Positions 6,800 through 12,540 of a DNA stretch of 12,540 nt are shown here, one piece after another; position 1 is the first letter of the stretch, and every line of letters begins with the position of its first letter. The DNA comes from Candidatus Heimdallarchaeota archaeon (GTDB lineage: Archaea; Asgardarchaeota; Heimdallarchaeia; Heimdallarchaeales; Heimdallarchaeaceae), in the NCBI GenBank assembly GCA_019057375.1, contig DXJF01000056.1, forward strand, positions 1-12,540, in the 5' to 3' direction. A program made the translations under genes and the position numbers. The notes under the pieces are model-generated. The model worked only from the letters and a program-made list of their open reading frames with translations, had not been told where the DNA came from and did not search any database.

Positions 6800-7456
6800 T
6801 TACAGAAAATCTGTCAAAGATTTCTGTTCTCCTTGTCCTTTGGTTGGTCTCTTGTTATCAGAAGTTATTTCATTTTGATTTAAGAGATTTAGGTATAAAC
6901 TCTTAATACCTTCGAAATGTTCATTGTAAACATCCATTAAGTTATAGTTACGTAAAATGTATGCAGGATGATATGTTACATACAATTTTATCCCAAAATC
7001 TGTGTCATAAGATTTTCCAACATACTTAGTTACTGCAGCAGAGGGGATGAAGAATCTCAAGGCTATAGAACCAATGGTTACAATAAGTTTTGGTGATAGT
7101 AATTTCAATTGTTTGAATAACCATCTCTCACCACAGAATTTCAACTCTGAATTTGTTGGTGTTCTATTGTTGTTATCTTCTGTAGTTGGACGGCACTTTA
7201 TTACATTAAGGATACTCAGATCCTTCTTCCTTTCTAGACCAATACCTGAAAGCATATTGTCAAGTAGCTTTCCTGATCTACCAACAAAAGGTATGCCTTG
7301 TTTATCTTCATGATAACCTGGTGCTTCCCCAATTATACACAAACTATTCTTTGGACCATAGAGACCTGGAACAACTTGAGTCCTACTATCCTTCAGGTGA
7401 CAAGCTTCACATGTGACGATATCTTCTGTCAACTTTGCTATCTCATCTTTTGCCAT
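6800..7456 (-). CDS. udg: Family-4 uracil-DNA glycosylase ([4Fe-4S])
   Basis: CEACHL, GEAPG, PFVGRSG, NVIKCRP, NRTP...FC, TYHPAY; four cluster cysteines present. SD-like AGGAGA at 7465-7470 (minus strand). Confidence 0.96.
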   Translation of the reverse strand: MAKDEIAKLTEDIVTCEACHLKDSRTQVVPGLYGPKNSLCIIGEAPGYHEDKQGIPFVGRSGKLLDNMLSGIGLERKKDLSILNVIKCRPTTEDNNNRTPTNSELKFCGERWLFKQLKLLSPKLIVTIGSIALRFFIPSAAVTKYVGKSYDTDFGIKLYVTYHPAYILRNYNLMDVYNEHFEGIKSLYLNLLNQNEITSDNKRPTKGQGEQKSLTDFL

Positions 7457-7522
7457 AAATTTTATCTCCTCTGTAAAAATACAAAAAAAAGAGGATTTAT
7501 TAAGCTATTCCCAATTAAACCA
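7457..7522. promoter_or_regulatory. Compact divergent promoter region
   Basis: 66-nt gap between divergent starts. TTTATTAA at 7496-7503 (TTAATAAA on the minus strand), with purine-rich AAAAAAAGAGGA on its 5' side. Confidence 0.55.
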
Positions 7523-8863
7523 ATGGTCAAGTTGAAAGATACAATCTTAGAAGCGGATATACTAGTTACCTGCAATCCAAAAAACAATATTATCAAAGAT
7601 GCTGCTGTTTATGTGTCTAATGGGTTAATTCATGGTGTGGGAACAAAAAAAGAAATTCATAAGGAATTTTCAGCAACAAAAATAATTGACGGAAACAACA
7701 AAATTTTACTCCCAGGTTTAGTAAACACACACAGTCACAGCGTTCAAACATTTCTAAGAGGAAAGGCGGATGATTATGCCCTTTTAGATTGGTTAAAGAA
7801 GGTGGTTTTACCAGGCGAAGCTCGTTTTACTGCAGAAGAAGTCTACAATTCATCACTTCTAGGTTTTGCTGAAATGATAAGAACGGGTACTACTACATCA
7901 AATGATATGCTTACTACTCATGATTCAGATTCTGGAATTAAAGCAGCAAAGGAAATTGGAATCAGGACAAGAATAGGTAAAATGCTGATGGATTATAGTA
8001 ATGATTTTCCGGAAATAATAGTTGAAGATACTGAAACAGTAATTGAATCTGCTAGAAAGCAAATTGATGAATATCATCAAAAGCAAAATGGGAAAGTTAA
8101 ATACTCTCTAAATGCAAGATTTCTTCTATCCTGTTCATCTGAATTGATGAAGCTTATTGTGGAAACAAAAGACGAATATGAAGATTTAATGATTCATTCA
8201 CATGCTTCAGAATCTCAAGCTGAATGTTCCGAAGTTGTAAGAATATTTGGAGATAACTATTTTAGATCTCTGAAGAAACTAGATGCTCTAGGTTCAGAAA
8301 CAATACTAGCCCATGGAATCTGGCTAGATGATGAGGAATACAATTTAGTTAAACAAACAAATACTAGAATAACTCACAATCCGAGCAGTAACAGCAAATT
8401 GGCTTCAGGAATATGTGATGTTCTCCGATATCATGAGTTGGGTGTTATTGTGGGTATTGGAACGGATGGTCCTCCATGTAATAATAATTTTGATATGTTT
8501 CATGATATGCGTTTAGCAGCATTTTTGCAGAAGGTTAAACATTTAGATGAACTGGCTTTACCCACAGAGAAGGTTCTAAGAATGGCAACAATAGAAGGAG
8601 CTCAAGCCATAAACTGGGGAACAGAGATAGGTTCAATTGAAGCAGGGAAAAAAGCTGATTTAACAATGGTAAATATTAATGAAGTAAACTCTTTTCCACT
8701 TTACAACCCTGTTTCCCATTTAGTTTATTCAGCTAGCGGTAAAGATGTAAGGATGACTATGATTGATGGGGAAATTGTTTTCAAAGATGGAAACTATCTG
8801 ACTATTGATATTGAAAAAGTAAAAAGAGCAGCTATTAAATATCAAGTGAAATGGACGGAGTAG
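7523..8863 (+). CDS. Metal-dependent amidohydrolase, MtaD/5'-deoxyadenosine deaminase (ATZ/TRZ-like) family; start corrected from 7298
   Basis: PGLVNTHSH (HxH), QTFLRGKADD..LLDWL, HSHASES, AHGIWL, HNPSSNSKLASG, GTDGPPCNN. The ORF-track extension 7298-7522 is antisense to udg. Confidence 0.92.
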   Translation: MVKLKDTILEADILVTCNPKNNIIKDAAVYVSNGLIHGVGTKKEIHKEFSATKIIDGNNKILLPGLVNTHSHSVQTFLRGKADDYALLDWLKKVVLPGEARFTAEEVYNSSLLGFAEMIRTGTTTSNDMLTTHDSDSGIKAAKEIGIRTRIGKMLMDYSNDFPEIIVEDTETVIESARKQIDEYHQKQNGKVKYSLNARFLLSCSSELMKLIVETKDEYEDLMIHSHASESQAECSEVVRIFGDNYFRSLKKLDALGSETILAHGIWLDDEEYNLVKQTNTRITHNPSSNSKLASGICDVLRYHELGVIVGIGTDGPPCNNNFDMFHDMRLAAFLQKVKHLDELALPTEKVLRMATIEGAQAINWGTEIGSIEAGKKADLTMVNINEVNSFPLYNPVSHLVYSASGKDVRMTMIDGEIVFKDGNYLTIDIEKVKRAAIKYQVKWTE

Positions 8864-8864
8864 A

Positions 8865-9929
8865 ATGGTAGAGATAATTTCGTCTTCTCCTGGAAGAGTT
8901 TGTCTCTTTGGTGAAGATGTGGACTACATGGGTCTTGAAGTCATAACCATTGCAGTCAACCAAAGAATAGAAGTAAAAGGTAAAACAAACAATGGTGGAA
9001 TTATTAAATTCACACTAGCAGATTTAGATAAAGAAGTTAAGTTTAGTAATGAAATACAACCACTAAAAGAAAAAAGAGATTATATTCGTTCTGTTTTCAA
9101 TATGTTTCAAGAATATCTTCCAAAGAACTTTGGGGCGAACGTTGAAGTTAATTCCGACATTCTAATAGGGAAAGGACTTTCCTCCTCATCTGCATTCTGT
9201 TCAGCCTTGGTTGGGTTCTTTGATAATGCTGCAGATTTAAATTTAACAAAGAAAGAATTGGCATGGAAGGCATATTTAGCAGAAGTAGTAAACTTGGGAG
9301 AACCAGGTGGAATGATGGATCAATATGCCAGTGTATTTGGAGACATGCTGTATCTAGAGTGTAGGGAACCTTACAAGCTCGAAAAACTTGATACCAAACT
9401 TACTGGCATAGTTGTTTGTGATACTTTAGCAAAAAAAGAAACGATTCAAACAATAAGAAAGAGGAAAGAGGAGATAAATCAAGGAATAGAAATAATGAAG
9501 GAAAGAGATTCTTCCTTTAATCTACAGGTTTCATCCTTTAGTGAAGTACATCAAGCATATGAAAAAAATACTAGTAAAGGATTACAAAGAATAGTAGCCG
9601 TTATAGGAATTAGGGATGTAGTAAGAGATGGATATCGTAAAATGAAAAATCAGGAATTAAAACCAGAAGAAGTTGCTGAATTAATCGATTCCCATCACCA
9701 TTTCCAACAGAACTATTTTGAAAATGTTACAAATCAGATGCAACAACTAATATTAAACGCAAAAAACGCTGGAGCATTAGCTTGTAAGCTGTTAGGTAGC
9801 GGAAACGGTGGTTCATTTCTAGCCTATTCTCCAGGGAAGAAAAAAGAGGTTGCCCAAGCAATAATACGTGCTGGAGGTAATGCCTATATCCTAAATCAAG
9901 ACAAAGGATTAAGTGTTGAAGTTTCATAG
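8865..9929 (+). CDS. GHMP kinase, galactokinase-like anomeric sugar kinase
   Basis: Motif I PGRVCLFGEDVDY, motif II GKGLSSSSA, GGMMDQY (catalytic Asp), motif III KLLGSGNGG. Starts 1 nt after the deaminase stop. Confidence 0.9.
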   Translation: MVEIISSSPGRVCLFGEDVDYMGLEVITIAVNQRIEVKGKTNNGGIIKFTLADLDKEVKFSNEIQPLKEKRDYIRSVFNMFQEYLPKNFGANVEVNSDILIGKGLSSSSAFCSALVGFFDNAADLNLTKKELAWKAYLAEVVNLGEPGGMMDQYASVFGDMLYLECREPYKLEKLDTKLTGIVVCDTLAKKETIQTIRKRKEEINQGIEIMKERDSSFNLQVSSFSEVHQAYEKNTSKGLQRIVAVIGIRDVVRDGYRKMKNQELKPEEVAELIDSHHHFQQNYFENVTNQMQQLILNAKNAGALACKLLGSGNGGSFLAYSPGKKKEVAQAIIRAGGNAYILNQDKGLSVEVS

Positions 9930-10006
9930 ATTTTTGTTTACTATTTCAGCTGCAATACAAAAAACTGAAAAACAAGATAAGTAAACCACTAGGAAAAGAA
10001 GAGAGC

Positions 10007-10420
10007 ATGATTGATATGGATGACGAATGTCTCATTTGTAAGATTGTGAAAGGTGAATTACCAAGCTATACTCTCTATGAGGATGACGAGATTAAAGTAT
10101 TTCTAGATATATATCCCATGTCAAAAGGTCATAGTTTGTTCGTGCCAAAGAAACACCTCGAACAAATATTCGATTTATCAGAAACTGAAATGAATTTCAC
10201 AAAAAAAATACCTGAAATTGCAAGTAGATTAAAACAAATAACCGGAGCTACAGGTTTGAATATTATTCAGAACAATGGTAGAGATGCAGGACAAATACTT
10301 GATCACATACACTTCCACTTAGTACCTCGATTTCCTGAAGATGGTTTAAACTTGATTCCACCTAAAATAGAATTAACTGAAGAAACAGCAATAGAACTAG
10401 TTAAAATGTTTAATAATTAG
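10007..10420 (+). CDS. hit: HIT family (Hint-like) nucleotide hydrolase, Zn-binding type
   Basis: N-terminal CLICKI, GHSLFVPKKH, NNGRDAGQILDHIHFHLVPR (HxHxH). Confidence 0.95.
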   Translation: MIDMDDECLICKIVKGELPSYTLYEDDEIKVFLDIYPMSKGHSLFVPKKHLEQIFDLSETEMNFTKKIPEIASRLKQITGATGLNIIQNNGRDAGQILDHIHFHLVPRFPEDGLNLIPPKIELTEETAIELVKMFNN

Positions 10421-10489
10421 AAAAAACAAGCAAAGACAAGCACAAACTTAATAAAAAAATACGAAAAGAGAATTGACAAGGGGAAAATA

Positions 10490-11059
10490 ATGACAGAAGA
10501 CGAGGGGCAAGGAAAGAAGTATATCTTCAAAATAGTTCTACTAGGAGACCCAGGAGTAGGTAAAAGTTCTCTTATTACTAGATTTGTACACAACCGATTC
10601 CAAGCATCATATCTTATGACAATAGGAGTAGACATTCTAAGCAAACAATTATTTGTTGGAAATGATGAAGTGTTGTTTCTAATAAGTGATATTGGGGGAC
10701 AAGAACGATTTGCATCAGTTAGAGAAAAATTCTATCGAGGAGCAAGAGGATGTTTCTTAGTTTATGATCTCACAAGAAATAACACTCTAAATTCTTTGAA
10801 AGCATGGAAGAAAGGATTAGAGAGTGTGGAAGAAGATGCAATATACTTCCTTATAGGAAATAAAGCAGATTTAAAAGAACAAATTGCCGTTTCACAAGAA
10901 AATATTGATACCATTATTAAAGAATTAAATATACCAAAGGATTCTTTCTTTGTTACATCAGCAAAAACCGGTGAAAAAGTAGAAGATGCATTCAGAACCT
11001 TTGCGCAAGAACTAATGAAAGATGTAGAACGAAAAAGAGTAGAATTTGGGTTAGATTAA
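10490..11059 (+). CDS. Rab-like small GTPase (Ras superfamily; eukaryotic signature protein)
   Basis: G1 GDPGVGKS, G2 TIGVD, G3 DIGGQ, G4 NKAD, G5 SAK. RabF-like RFASVR, FYRGA, LVYDLT. No C-terminal Cys. Confidence 0.95.
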   Translation: MTEDEGQGKKYIFKIVLLGDPGVGKSSLITRFVHNRFQASYLMTIGVDILSKQLFVGNDEVLFLISDIGGQERFASVREKFYRGARGCFLVYDLTRNNTLNSLKAWKKGLESVEEDAIYFLIGNKADLKEQIAVSQENIDTIIKELNIPKDSFFVTSAKTGEKVEDAFRTFAQELMKDVERKRVEFGLD

Positions 11060-11129
11060 ATTATTAACTTTCCCTTTTATCTATGTTAGTTGCTGTTTTG
11101 TTGAATTTCTCGTTATACTAAACGACAAG

Positions 11130-11137
11130 TTTAAAAG
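11130..11137 (+). promoter_or_regulatory. Putative TATA box for tRNA-Asp
   Basis: TTTAAAAG about 35-40 nt upstream of the tRNA 5' end. Confidence 0.45.
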
Positions 11138-11171
11138 AAGTCGTAGAAGAAAAAAGAATGTCGAAAATAAC

Positions 11172-11280
11172 GGGGCAGTAGTTTAGCCTGGCCTATGATG
11201 GGGGACTGTCAAGTTCCTTGCAGTCTTGCATTGAATGCCGAACTCCTTCGACCCGGGTTCAAATCCCGGCTGCCTCGCCA
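11172..11280 (+). tRNA. trnD: tRNA-Asp(GTC) with 31-nt intron at 37/38 and encoded CCA
   Basis: Acceptor GGGGCAG/CTGCCTC, discriminator G73, CCA. Anticodon stem GGGGA/TCCTT, loop CT-GTC-A^C. 4-nt variable loop. T arm CCGGG-TTCAAAT-CCCGG. Mature length 78 nt. Confidence 0.92.
11212..11242 (+). other. tRNA intron with relaxed BHB motif
   Basis: Central helix CTGT/GCCG contains a U-C mismatch and a U-G wobble; bulges CA^A and AA^C; outer helix GTTC/GAAT; internal hairpin TGCA-GTCT-TGCA. Confidence 0.8.
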
Positions 11281-11294
11281 CTTTTATCTTTTTA
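11281..11294 (+). terminator. Probable oligo-T terminator of tRNA-Asp
   Basis: cttttatcttttta immediately after CCA. Confidence 0.5.
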
Positions 11295-11334
11295 TTCGAT
11301 AGCTTTTTATTATTTCAATAATCAACTGTTCTTG

Positions 11335-11967
11335 ATGAAACGATATGCTCTATTATTCACGTTTGTTGTACCTCTGATAGTAGGGTTATCAATAGTTGGT
11401 ACTCCTGCTTCTGCAGATAAATATGTTGTAGAGGACGGGGACTTACTTGATTATGGCTACCAGCTGTATGTTGATGGAAATCCTGTTGAAACTCGTGATG
11501 AGGAAAATCCTGTTAAAATAGTTATCAGAACTACCAGCATTACTCCTCCTGGTCTATATCAACACCTTATCGGTATGAGAAACGGAGAAATAAAAGATTA
11601 CTTTGTCATCCAACCTGAGGAAGGTTTTGAAGACGGACCTTATGTTAGTCTAGCTTTAACTTATTATAATCTCCAGATTTACAAGATTAATGGCTATCAT
11701 TCTACTGAACTTCCAACTGAACCACCAACGAAAAGTTTTGGATATTGGGTTCTTGTGATAGGTGGAGGAATTTTAGGGACAGCAGGGGCAATATTCCTGA
11801 TTTATGGTGGTTATCGTTTTTATCCTAAGATTTTTGGTAAACGATGTATGACTTGCAAAAAAAGTGCTCTAGGTAACTGTAAGAACTGTGGACAAGCATT
11901 TTGCGATAACTGTTATTCCAGTGGTTGTCCAAATTGCAAAGGAAGATCTCTCATTAGATTCAAATGA
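11335..11967 (+). CDS. Type-I membrane protein: signal peptide, FKBP-like ectodomain, TM helix, cytoplasmic 8-Cys zinc finger (start corrected from 11218)
   Basis: MKRY+hydrophobic+ASA signal. FKBP-like VEDGDLLDYGYQLYVDG...PGLYQHLIGMRNGEIK...PEEGF...LTYYNLQIYKI. TM FGYWVLVIGGGILGTAGAIFLIYGGY. Tail C-x2-C-x7-C-x2-C-x4-C-x2-C-x4-C-x2-C. The track's TTG start lies inside the tRNA intron. Confidence 0.85.
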   Translation: MKRYALLFTFVVPLIVGLSIVGTPASADKYVVEDGDLLDYGYQLYVDGNPVETRDEENPVKIVIRTTSITPPGLYQHLIGMRNGEIKDYFVIQPEEGFEDGPYVSLALTYYNLQIYKINGYHSTELPTEPPTKSFGYWVLVIGGGILGTAGAIFLIYGGYRFYPKIFGKRCMTCKKSALGNCKNCGQAFCDNCYSSGCPNCKGRSLIRFK

Positions 11968-12019
11968 TTTGATGTGTCCCTTCGAAATTCTTTTAAGTTT
12001 TCTTACTCCTCTCTCCTTA

Positions 12020-12540
12020 ATGAGGCGTTGCTTCCATTATACACTATTACTTGTTGTTATATCGTCTTTAGTTCCTACTCAGTTTACAACAGTAGAAGCC
12101 TATGACCAGCTTTATGGGGTGGAGTATGATGATGTTGTTGATGTGGCTTTTATTAGCTGGATTAATGGAGTATTTTCTAATAATTATACTGCAGATGGTC
12201 CTTTCAGAATTGCTGTTAACCCAAGTGTAATAAATGTCCATTTTATTGATGAGCTTATTGGGATGATGGTAGGTGAAGTAAAACCCTATATTACCTGGAA
12301 TGATACAGTGGGGAATTTAATCGAATATTATGATACAACCATAGTAAAATTAGTGAAAGATTCTACTCCAGACTCATCACCAGCTTGGAGAATAATTCGT
12401 CCAATTCTTTTATCTATAATTGGGATAGGCATAGTCATTGGTAGTATTTATGCAGGAGTAAAAATTCGTCAACGTATAGGAATAAAAGGGTGCACTACTT
12501 GCAGTAATAAAGCATCCTCTAAATGCGCTAAATGTGGAAA
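12020..12540 (+). CDS. Tandem paralog of the preceding gene, truncated by window end (alternative ATG at 11972); absent from the ORF track
   Basis: Manual translation: MRRCFHYTLLLVVISSLVPTQFTTVEA | YDQLYGVEYDDVVDVAFISWINGVFSNNYTADGPFRIAVNPSVINVHFIDELIGMMVGEVKPYITWNDTVGNLIEYYDTTIVKL...PILLSIIGIGIVIGSIYAGVKIRQRIGIKGCTTCSNKASSKCAKCG. No stop before the window edge. Confidence 0.88.
   Translation, partial: MRRCFHYTLLLVVISSLVPTQFTTVEAYDQLYGVEYDDVVDVAFISWINGVFSNNYTADGPFRIAVNPSVINVHFIDELIGMMVGEVKPYITWNDTVGNLIEYYDTTIVKLVKDSTPDSSPAWRIIRPILLSIIGIGIVIGSIYAGVKIRQRIGIKGCTTCSNKASSKCAKCG

Noticed and set aside
5909-7313. Plus-strand ORFs 5909-6106, 6586-6786, 7047-7313
   Set aside because: Antisense to the phosphohexomutase or udg, with no independent evidence.
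7298-7522. 75-aa Cys-rich N-terminal extension of the amidohydrolase
   Set aside because: Antisense to udg and the promoter gap; the family fold starts after Met at 7523.
8865-9929. Mevalonate kinase or true galK assignment
   Set aside because: Lacks the PGK...GEHAVV motif of mevalonate kinase and the GEHxDY motif of galactokinase; left as galactokinase-like.
9727-10644. Minus-strand ORFs 9727-9927 and 10417-10644
   Set aside because: Antisense shadows of the GHMP kinase and the Rab-like gene.
11122-11144. ACGAC-N13-GTCGT flanking the tRNA-Asp TATA box
   Set aside because: 5-bp arms are too short to distinguish from chance.
11218-11334. 39-aa N-terminal extension of the FKBP-TM-zinc finger protein
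   Set aside because: Starts inside the tRNA-Asp intron and reads through the tRNA; the signal peptide begins at ATG 11335.

Overview
AT-rich archaeal chromosomal window. A standalone Rab-like GTPase and two tRNAs with BHB-type introns point to an Asgard-type archaeon (inference). In order: the acidic 3' end of an upstream gene, two small orphan ORFs (one missing from the supplied track), tRNA-Met(CAT) with a 51-nt intron, cyclophilin, a small membrane protein, a UMF1/Atg22-like MFS transporter, a HAD hydrolase, a membrane protein coupled to a phosphohexomutase, family-4 uracil-DNA glycosylase divergent from a deaminase / galactokinase-like GHMP kinase / HIT / Rab-like run, and tRNA-Asp(GTC) with a 31-nt intron. 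The most striking element follows tRNA-Asp: at least two tandem paralogous type-I membrane proteins, the second absent from the ORF track and cut by the window edge. Each has a signal peptide, a degenerate extracellular FKBP-like domain, one TM helix with GxxxGxxxA, and a cytoplasmic Cys-only B-box1/C4C4-RING-like zinc finger. This architecture resembles a surface receptor coupled to a possible ubiquitin-ligase module. All family assignments come from motif recognition by eye; no database searches were run.
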